From NCBI GenBank assembly GCA_016708565.1, contig JADJFN010000001.1:348863-412862 (forward strand): a stretch of 64,000 nt of DNA, in the 5' to 3' direction. The translations under genes were made by a program, and so were the position numbers. The notes beneath the pieces were generated by a model that saw only the letters and a list, made by a program, of their open reading frames with translations, made no database searches and had not been told where the DNA came from. The stretch comes from Myxococcales bacterium. GTDB taxonomy: Bacteria; Myxococcota_A; Polyangia; Haliangiales; Haliangiaceae. Below, piece after piece: positions 39,292 through 46,054 of the stretch; position 1 is the first letter of the stretch; each line of letters begins with the position of its first letter.

Positions 39292-41169
39292 CTACGGCGC
39301 GACCGCGGCAGAACCCGTGCCCGTCCCCGAACCCGAACCCGTCGCCGTGCCCGTCCCCGATCCCGTCCCCGATCCCGATCCCGTCCCCGATCCCGTCCCC
39401 GATCCCGATCCCGTCCCCGATCCCGATCCCGTCCCCGATCCCGTCCCCGATCCCGCGCCCACGCCGGCGTCGCCATCGTCGGCGGCCGGCGCGGCGTCCT
39501 CGGTGTCGGTGTCCTCGGTGTCGGTGTCCTCGGTGTCGGTGTCCTCGGTGTCCTCGTCCTCGTCGTCCTCGAAGTCGCCGCCGTCGTCGGCGCCGCCGTT
39601 GGCCTCGACCCAATCGGCGATCTTCGCCGTCTCGCAGGCCTTGGCCTCATCCGGCGCCTTCTTGCGGCAGTTGGTGACGTCGGTGAACAGGCCCAGGCAG
39701 TTCTCGCGCTCGAACTCGTCCTCGATGCCCTTGCACTCGTCCTGCTTCTTGACCGTGCCGTCGGGCAGGGTGACCTCGTCGACGTTGATCACCGCCTGGG
39801 CGCTGGACTTCACCACCGCCACCAGGCCGTCGAGGGTCCCGGTGGGCTTGGGCGGCGGCACCACGGTCAGGCTCGGCACGTAGGTCACGATCAACAGCGC
39901 CGCCATCACGGTGAACATGAATGGCAAGGTCGCGACCGTGACCTCCAGCAACGGTTTTCGAAACTTGAAGCTGGAGATGAACAGGTTGAGGCCGATCGGT
40001 GGGTGCAGGTAGCCGATCTCGAGGTTGAGCAAGAAGATCACGCCGAGGTGGTACGGGCTGACGTCGTACTCGTGGGCCACGGGCGCGATCAGCGGCACGA
40101 CGATCAAGATCGCCGAGAAGATGTCCATGACCATGCCGGTCAGGAGCAAGAGCCCGTTGAGCGCCAGCAGGAACGCCCACCGCGAGTCGATGTGGTCGCG
40201 GGTCCAGTGCACCAGCTTGGCGGGGACGCCCGCGGTCACCAGGTAGTTGGTCAGCGCGGTCGCCGAGTAGATGATGATGAAGATCGCGCCGATCAGCGCC
40301 ATCGACTCCTTGGTGATGGCCCACAGCGCCTGGGGCTTGAGGTCGCGGAAGATGCCCATCTCGACGATGATCAGGTACAGCACCGTCAGCGACGCGATCT
40401 GCGAGATGTCGCCGACGCCCTTGGCCAGGCCCAGCAAGATCAAGATCGGCAGGAAGATCACCGGCAGCGCGCCGGGCAGCGAGGCGAACAGCTCGCCCCA
40501 CTCGAACTTCTGGCGCGGCACCTTCTTGATGATCGCGATCGCCACCACCAGCGCCGACAGCATCAGGATCAGCAGCGCGCCCGGGATGATGCCGGCGAAG
40601 TAGAAGCGCTCGGTGGCCCACTCCCATTGCCAGTTCTCGGGCTTGGGCTGGATGCGCTGCAGGCCATAGATCGTGCCGAACAGGATGATCGGCAGGGCCG
40701 GCGGGAACAGCAGGCCGACCGAGCCGGTGCCGGTCACCAGGCCGAGCGCGAACCGCTCGGGGTACCGCTGCTTGATCAGCGCCGGCATCAACAGGCCGCC
40801 GAGCGCGACGATCGTGACGCCCGAGGCGCCGGTGAACGTGGTGTACACCGAGCACGCCAGGATCGTGACGATGCCGAGCCCGCCCGGCACCCAGCCCAGC
40901 GCGGCGTTGGCGAAGCGCACCAGCCGCTCGGCGGTCTTCGACGCGGCCATCACGTAGCCGGCGTAGATGAACAGCGGGATGCTCGAGAAGATCGTCGACT
41001 TGTCGCCGGTGCCGAGGCTGAAGAACTCGTAGGCGAAGCCGCCGAAGTCCTTCTCGAAGCCCTTGGTGCCGGTCTCGGCGCCGATCGCGGTCAAGAACAA
41101 CATCACCGCGAACAGCGGCGAGCCGGCGACGAACGCCAGCACCAGCAGGATGATCAGGAGCGTCAGCAT
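39292..41169 (-). CDS. dctM: TRAP transporter large permease (DctM family) with an unusual ~190-aa C-terminal tail. The tail is acidic, contains four Cys residues and ends in a (GSGT)n low-complexity stretch.
   Basis: A ~435-aa polytopic DctM-like core (LLMPALIKQRYPERFALGLVTGTGSVGLLFPPALPIILFG...). It is followed by ...DECKGIEDEFERENCLGLFTDVTNCRKKAPDEAKACETAKI...DDEDEDTEDTDTEDTDTEDTDTED...GSGTGSGTGSGSGTGSG. The whole region is one continuous frame. Confidence 0.8.
   Translation of the reverse strand: MLTLLIILLVLAFVAGSPLFAVMLFLTAIGAETGTKGFEKDFGGFAYEFFSLGTGDKSTIFSSIPLFIYAGYVMAASKTAERLVRFANAALGWVPGGLGIVTILACSVYTTFTGASGVTIVALGGLLMPALIKQRYPERFALGLVTGTGSVGLLFPPALPIILFGTIYGLQRIQPKPENWQWEWATERFYFAGIIPGALLILMLSALVVAIAIIKKVPRQKFEWGELFASLPGALPVIFLPILILLGLAKGVGDISQIASLTVLYLIIVEMGIFRDLKPQALWAITKESMALIGAIFIIIYSATALTNYLVTAGVPAKLVHWTRDHIDSRWAFLLALNGLLLLTGMVMDIFSAILIVVPLIAPVAHEYDVSPYHLGVIFLLNLEIGYLHPPIGLNLFISSFKFRKPLLEVTVATLPFMFTVMAALLIVTYVPSLTVVPPPKPTGTLDGLVAVVKSSAQAVINVDEVTLPDGTVKKQDECKGIEDEFERENCLGLFTDVTNCRKKAPDEAKACETAKIADWVEANGGADDGGDFEDDEDEDTEDTDTEDTDTEDTDTEDAAPAADDGDAGVGAGSGTGSGTGSGSGTGSGSGTGSGTGSGSGTGSGTGTATGSGSGTGTGSAAVAP
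39300..39560. repeat. Coding microsatellites inside the DctM tail: (cccgatcccgtc)n hexamer/dodecamer repeats and (ctcggtgtcggtgtc)x3.5.
   Basis: Read directly on the plus strand at 39303-39470 and 39478-39535. Confidence 0.6.
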
Positions 41170-41170
41170 G

Positions 41171-41863
41171 TCAGCCCGCCACTTCCGGCTCGGGCGCGGT
41201 CTTGCCCTGGCGCAGGTAGTCGATCTCGATGACGATGTGCAGGGTGACGTGGAACATGATCAGCACGGCGCACACCGGGATCAGCCAGCCCACGGTCGTG
41301 GTCGGGATGACCTCGTAGTGCTGCTTCTCCTTGGTCAAGGCGTGCTGGATGAGCCGACCGCCGTGGAACAAGAGCGCGCCGGCCAGCAGCGCGGCGACGT
41401 TGGTGAACACCCGCACCAGCGCCTTCACCTTGGTGGGGAACAGCGCCGAGACCAGGTCGAGGCCAAAGTTGCGCCGGCTCTGGGTGGCGTAGGCGGCGCC
41501 GAGCATGCCGATCGAGAACGCCGACAGGCGCACGATCTCGATCGCCCACAGCGGCCGTTCGCTGGCGAACATGTCGATGAACGTGCGGTACAAGCTGACC
41601 AGGACCAGCACGGCGAACGCGCCGAACAGCCCGGCGCGCTCGCCCGCGCCGACCGCCTCGTCGATCCGGCGCACCGCGCGCGCCAGCGGTGGCTCATCGG
41701 CGAAGTGATCGACCACGTGGGGCTCCGGGAACGCGACGGCCACGGCTACGCCCATCCCCGTCGCGGCAGGTGGTTCGGTCTTGAGGTGGACCTCGCCATC
41801 GGCCTTGGGGTCGGGCAGGTCGGGCGATGGCTTGACGGGTGGGTCATCACCGGATGCGCTCAC
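41171..41863 (-). CDS. dctQ: TRAP transporter small permease (DctQ family) with an N-terminal extension.
   Basis: It has four predicted TM helices and DctQ-like segments (FGAFAVLVLVSLYRTFIDMF...WAIEIVRLSAFSIGMLGAAYA). The gene ends 2 nt before the dctM start. Confidence 0.65.
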   Translation of the reverse strand: MSASGDDPPVKPSPDLPDPKADGEVHLKTEPPAATGMGVAVAVAFPEPHVVDHFADEPPLARAVRRIDEAVGAGERAGLFGAFAVLVLVSLYRTFIDMFASERPLWAIEIVRLSAFSIGMLGAAYATQSRRNFGLDLVSALFPTKVKALVRVFTNVAALLAGALLFHGGRLIQHALTKEKQHYEVIPTTTVGWLIPVCAVLIMFHVTLHIVIEIDYLRQGKTAPEPEVAG

Positions 41864-41994
41864 ACCAGCATCTTACGCAGGATCCGGAACCTGCCTCAAC
41901 CGATGCCGCCACCAAGTGCTCGTCCCGTCGGCCGCGTCGCGGCAGCCACCACGGTCGACTCGAGTGGAGGCGGCGTCTCGGCTACCCTCGCGCC

Positions 41995-42171
41995 ATGCCG
42001 ATCTGCCGCGAGTGCAAGGACGAAGTCGATCGCCTGGTCTCGGTCAAGGTCGCCGGCAAGGCCGTCAAGCTGTGCGCCGACTGCGCCGACCGCGCCCGCG
42101 AGGGCGCCGAGATCGCCGAGGCGAGCGAATCGGTGATCCAGGGCATGATGGGCTTCAAGGGCCGCCGCTAG
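41995..42171 (+). CDS. Small zinc-ribbon protein (58 aa, two CxxC pairs). It is on the strand opposite to the TRAP genes and lies between dctP and dctQ.
   Basis: MPICRECKDEVDRLVSVKVAGKAVKLCADCADRAREG... has high GC3. It is followed by a strong hairpin at 42203-42231. Confidence 0.4.
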   Translation: MPICRECKDEVDRLVSVKVAGKAVKLCADCADRAREGAEIAEASESVIQGMMGFKGRR

Positions 42172-42202
42172 CCACCAAGCGCGCGAGCACCGCCGCGCTA
42201 CC

Positions 42203-42231
42203 TCCGAAACGCAACCGCCCCGCACGAGGCG
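42203..42231 (+). terminator. Hairpin AACCGCCCCGC-acgag-GCGGGGCGGTT followed by GTT. It is part of a convergent terminator region that also includes hairpins at about 42277-42294 and 42312-42331.
   Basis: Perfect 11-bp stem, read directly. It lies between convergent gene ends. Confidence 0.4.
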
Positions 42232-42336
42232 GGGCGGTTGTTCCCTCAGACGGCCCCGCGCTGAACGCTCCGGGCCGTTTCGGGTGGGGGCCCCGGCGCA
42301 TGCCGGGGGAGGGTCTTACGAAAGACCCTCTCTAGG

Positions 42337-43359
42337 TCACGGCGCGGGGTTCTTCGCGCGGTACTCGTCGCGGTACTTCAGCACCATCTCGAGCTCGGCC
42401 TTCGAGTAGACCTTGCCGGTCAGATCGGCCCAGACGTCCTTGGCCGCCTTGTCGAAGTCGGCCAGGAGCTCCGGCGTGGTCGCGCTGATCTTCACGCCCT
42501 TGCGCTCCATCTGCTTCTTGGCGCTCTCGTTGTCCTTGCGGATCTGCTTGCGGAGCGTCTTCTGCATGCCCTTGGAGATCTTGAGCACCAGCTTCTGGTC
42601 CTCGGCCGTCACCTTCTTGTAGGCGTCCAGCTTGATGACCGTGGCGGCGATGCCGTAGCTCATCGGCATCGAGGTCATGTACTTGACCTTGGTGTTCCAC
42701 TGCAGCGCCACGGCGGCCAAGGGCGAGCCGTAGCACGCGTCGATGCGGCCGGTGGTCAGGTTGGGCTCGACCTCGGGCACGCCCAGCGGCACGCCCGAGA
42801 TGCCGAGCCGCTTGTACATGGCGCGGACGATCGCGTCGTCGCCCCACATCCACACCTTCGAGCTCTTGAGGTTGCCGACGCTGGTGATCTCGGACTTCGA
42901 GAGCAGGTAGATCCAGCCGACGTCGCCGCGATCGCCGAGCTTGTAGCCCTTGGCCTCGAACTTCTTGACGAAGTACGGCCACATCTTGTCGGCGACGTAG
43001 TCGAGCTCCTCGACCGTCGCGAACATGCGCGGCAGCTCGAGCACGCGGATCGACTCTTCGACCATCGACAGGCCGACCGAGGTCACGGCGGCGCCGTCGA
43101 GCTGGCCGAGGTTGATCTTGCGGACGACGTCGCGCTCGTCGCCCTGGACGCCGCCGGCGTAGTACTTGACCTTGACCCGGCCCTCGGTCTTCTTGTCGAT
43201 CTCGGCGGCGCCCTTGCCGAGGATCTTCATCCACGAGCTGCCGTCGGGCGCCAGGGTGGCCAGGCGGATCTCGACGTTGTCGGCCGCCGCCGGGGCGATC
43301 GCCGCGAGGGAAGCCGCGACGGCGGTCGCGAGGGTGAGACGGTTGACAAGGCTGCGCAT
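42337..43359 (-). CDS. dctP: TRAP transporter substrate-binding protein (DctP family).
   Basis: The signal peptide is MRSLVNRLTLATAVAASLAAIAPAAA. The body is a DctP-like periplasmic binding-protein sequence. A GGAG lies 8 nt upstream of the ATG. The ATG overlaps the stop codon of the tatT-like gene (TGATG). Confidence 0.8.
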   Translation of the reverse strand: MRSLVNRLTLATAVAASLAAIAPAAADNVEIRLATLAPDGSSWMKILGKGAAEIDKKTEGRVKVKYYAGGVQGDERDVVRKINLGQLDGAAVTSVGLSMVEESIRVLELPRMFATVEELDYVADKMWPYFVKKFEAKGYKLGDRGDVGWIYLLSKSEITSVGNLKSSKVWMWGDDAIVRAMYKRLGISGVPLGVPEVEPNLTTGRIDACYGSPLAAVALQWNTKVKYMTSMPMSYGIAATVIKLDAYKKVTAEDQKLVLKISKGMQKTLRKQIRKDNESAKKQMERKGVKISATTPELLADFDKAAKDVWADLTGKVYSKAELEMVLKYRDEYRAKNPAP

Positions 43360-44291
43360 CAGAAGAGCTCCTTTTCCTGGCTGAGGTACCGGCGGGCGCG
43401 CCGGTGGGCGATCTCGTTGGCGAGGCGCTGCTCCGGCCAGATCGCCGGATCGGTCTGCAGCACCTTGACCAGTTCGTCGTGGAACAGCGTGCGGTTCTGG
43501 GTCATGACGCCGACCCGCTTGGCGTAATTCACGCGGGCGAGCAGGAACTTGTCGTCGGTCAGCGCGAGGGCCTTCTTGAAGTGCTCCTCGGCCTTGGCCG
43601 CGTCGCCGCCCAGCTGGGCGCCGGCCGCGGTGTAGAGCAGGCCCAGCGCGACGTGGGGCAGGGCCGCCAGCGCCTTGTCCTTGGGCGGGTGCTTGTCGTC
43701 CATCTCGACGACCTTGAGCAGCATCGCCTTCGCGGTCGGCGCCTGCGCCACCAGCTCGACGTTGTCCTTGTTGTGGTTGATCATCGAGCCGAGGCCGATC
43801 GCCGCCCACATCAACGGGGTGCGCTGGCCGCTCGACGCGCCGTTGATCAGCTTGGTCACCGACTCGGTGTCGCCGAACAGGCCGTCCTGCCACTTCTTAC
43901 CGAGCTGCATCAGCGCGTAGTTCATGCAGCGCACGAACATCCGGGTCGCGCGGTTGTCGAGCTCCTGCGCCGCGTCGTAGTCGTTGGCGATCAGCGCGCG
44001 CTCCCACTCGTCCTCGACGAAGCCGATGCCGTACTGGCAGTAGCCCTCGGCGAGGATGCCGCGCAGGATCGGGTTGCCGGGATCGACCACCCAGAAGCCC
44101 TCGACGGTCTTGAGCGTGCCGGGGATGGCGCGCGCCGCCAGCTCGTAGTCGGACTCCATCTTGATCGACGGCTGGGCGCGGATCAGCACCTTCGCCGTGG
44201 TGTTGACGGTGAACTGGCCCATGTCGCACGCGGCGAGCACGAGCGTCGCCACGGCGGCGACGGCGAGAGCGAGGCGAGAGGTTCGGATCAT
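43359..44291 (-). CDS. TatT-like TPR lipoprotein (TRAP-associated T component family).
   Basis: A LAAC lipobox. A helical TPR-like protein of about 310 aa immediately upstream of dctP, matching the TPR-protein-associated TRAP transporter arrangement. Confidence 0.7.
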   Translation of the reverse strand: MIRTSRLALAVAAVATLVLAACDMGQFTVNTTAKVLIRAQPSIKMESDYELAARAIPGTLKTVEGFWVVDPGNPILRGILAEGYCQYGIGFVEDEWERALIANDYDAAQELDNRATRMFVRCMNYALMQLGKKWQDGLFGDTESVTKLINGASSGQRTPLMWAAIGLGSMINHNKDNVELVAQAPTAKAMLLKVVEMDDKHPPKDKALAALPHVALGLLYTAAGAQLGGDAAKAEEHFKKALALTDDKFLLARVNYAKRVGVMTQNRTLFHDELVKVLQTDPAIWPEQRLANEIAHRRARRYLSQEKELF

Positions 44292-44443
44292 GCGCGAGGT
44301 CCTGTGAGAGACGAGGGTTCGGCGTAGGGCATTCACGGCGGTGGCGGGATGAACCCGTCCGCTACCCCGGACGCGAAGGCTAAGTGAGCGAAAGGCGAGA
44401 GTCAATCACGGCGACGCGGTGGGCGACCGGGTACACTGGGCCG

Positions 44444-46054
44444 GTGACGCGCGCCTGGCTGGTCCTCGCCTGCGCCCTGGCCCTGGCGGCGGTCGGCTGC
44501 GACGCGTCGTGGCTGGGCGCCGCGCCGTCCGACCGCGGGCCGGGCGGGCTCAAGGCGGGCACGATCGTCGTGGCCCGCCCCGCCGACGCCAGCTCGCTCG
44601 ACCCGGCGCGCCCCAGCGACAACGAGTCGTCGGAGGTGATCTCGCAGCTCTACGACACGCTGGTGCGCTACCGCCCGGGCACCACCGAGATCGAGCCGGG
44701 CCTGGCGGTGGCGTGGGAGGTCGATCCCGCCGGGCGCTCGTGGACGTTCCGGCTGCGGCCGGGCGTGCGGTTCCACGACGGCACCGCGCTCGACGCGGCG
44801 GCCGTGGTGTTCAGCTTCGAGCGCCAGCGCGATCCCCAGCACCCGTACCACCGCGGCAAGTTCGCGTACTGGGAGAACGCGTTCAAGAACATCGAGCGGG
44901 TCGAGGCGATCGCGCCGATGATCGTGCGGATCACGATCAGCGATCGCTTCGCCCCGTTCCTGGCGGCGATGGCGACGTTCCCGGTGTCGATCGTGTCGCC
45001 GGCCGCGGTGGCCCGGTCCGGCGACGACTTCGGCGATCACCCGGTCGGGACCGGCGCGTACCGGCTGGAGCGCTGGACCCGCGGCGAGCGGATCGTCATC
45101 GTGCGCAACCCCGACTACTGGGGGCCGCGGCCGGCGATCGAGCGGGTGGTGTTCGAGGTCGTCCCCGACGCCCGGCAGCGGCTCATCGCGCTCGAGAGCG
45201 GCGCGGTCGATCTGGCGCTGGCGATCCTGCCCGCCGAGTCGCAGTTCCTCGATCTGCACCCGGGCCTGACGCTGCACCGGCCGCCGGCCAACAACGTCAC
45301 CTACCTGGCGATGAACTGCGCGCAGCCCCCGTTCGATCAGCCGGCGGTGCGGCAGGCGCTGGCCCTGGCGATCAACAAGCAGGCGATCGTCCGGCTGGCG
45401 TACCAGGGCCTGGCCACCGTCGCCGACGGCCCCCTGCCGCCGTCGCAGTGGGGGTACCGACCGGGGCTGGGCGCGGTGGGCTTCGATCCGGATGCGGCGC
45501 GGGCCCGGCTCGAGCGGCTGGCCGCCGAGGGCGCGATCGACCTGGGCCACACCTACAAGCTGTACGCGCCGACGACGCCGCGGCCGTACCTGCCCAACCC
45601 CGAGCAGGTCGCGCGGATCATCCGCGCCAACCTCGAGGAGGTCGGCCTGCACGTCGAGCTGGTGCTGCAGCCGTTCGCGGCGACGCGGCAAGACACCCAG
45701 GCCGGGCGCCACGACCTGGCGCTGGCCGGCTGGGTCGGCGACAACGGCGACCCCGACAACTACCTGTACCTGATGTTCGACAAGGACAACACGGTGCCCG
45801 GCATCGCCCGCAACATCGCGTTCTACCGCGACGACGCGGTGTCGACGCTGCTGCGCCGGGCCCAGCGGGTCGAGGACCGCGGCGAGCGCGAGCGGCTGTA
45901 CGCCGAGGCCCAGACCCGGATCGCGGCCGACGCGCCGTGGGTGCCGCTGGCCCACTCGCAGGTGACCGTGGCCGCGCGCGAGGACATCACCGGCGTGGTG
46001 GTCGATCCCACCGGCCACGTCGTGTACGCCGGGCTCAAGCGGGTCAAGCGGTGA
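44444..46054 (+). CDS. Solute-binding lipoprotein, family 5 (peptide/nickel/opine-type SBP, DppA/OppA-like).
   Basis: An AAVGC lipobox and a long family-5 SBP-like body (TIVVARPADASSLDPA...LVRY...). The start is taken as the GTG at 44444. Confidence 0.75.
   Translation: MTRAWLVLACALALAAVGCDASWLGAAPSDRGPGGLKAGTIVVARPADASSLDPARPSDNESSEVISQLYDTLVRYRPGTTEIEPGLAVAWEVDPAGRSWTFRLRPGVRFHDGTALDAAAVVFSFERQRDPQHPYHRGKFAYWENAFKNIERVEAIAPMIVRITISDRFAPFLAAMATFPVSIVSPAAVARSGDDFGDHPVGTGAYRLERWTRGERIVIVRNPDYWGPRPAIERVVFEVVPDARQRLIALESGAVDLALAILPAESQFLDLHPGLTLHRPPANNVTYLAMNCAQPPFDQPAVRQALALAINKQAIVRLAYQGLATVADGPLPPSQWGYRPGLGAVGFDPDAARARLERLAAEGAIDLGHTYKLYAPTTPRPYLPNPEQVARIIRANLEEVGLHVELVLQPFAATRQDTQAGRHDLALAGWVGDNGDPDNYLYLMFDKDNTVPGIARNIAFYRDDAVSTLLRRAQRVEDRGERERLYAEAQTRIAADAPWVPLAHSQVTVAAREDITGVVVDPTGHVVYAGLKRVKR

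Noticed and set aside
39300-39560. Possible CRISPR array, because of the regular short direct repeats
   Set aside because: The repeats are 6-15 nt, contiguous with no unique spacers, and lie inside a continuous coding frame. There are no cas genes. This is a coding microsatellite.
39239-39677. Short ORFs rich in RGH, PSP and RRR within the (cccgatcccgtc)n tract
   Set aside because: They are alternative-frame readings of the coding microsatellite that encodes the (GSGT)n tail of DctM. The DctM frame is continuous and is the only one contiguous with a real protein.
42172-42336. Possible small RNA or tRNA in the hairpin-rich dctP/zinc-ribbon intergenic region
   Set aside because: There is no tRNA cloverleaf and no conserved T-arm (GTTCGA/GTTCAA) motif. 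The hairpins are better explained as convergent terminators. A small RNA cannot be excluded without expression data.
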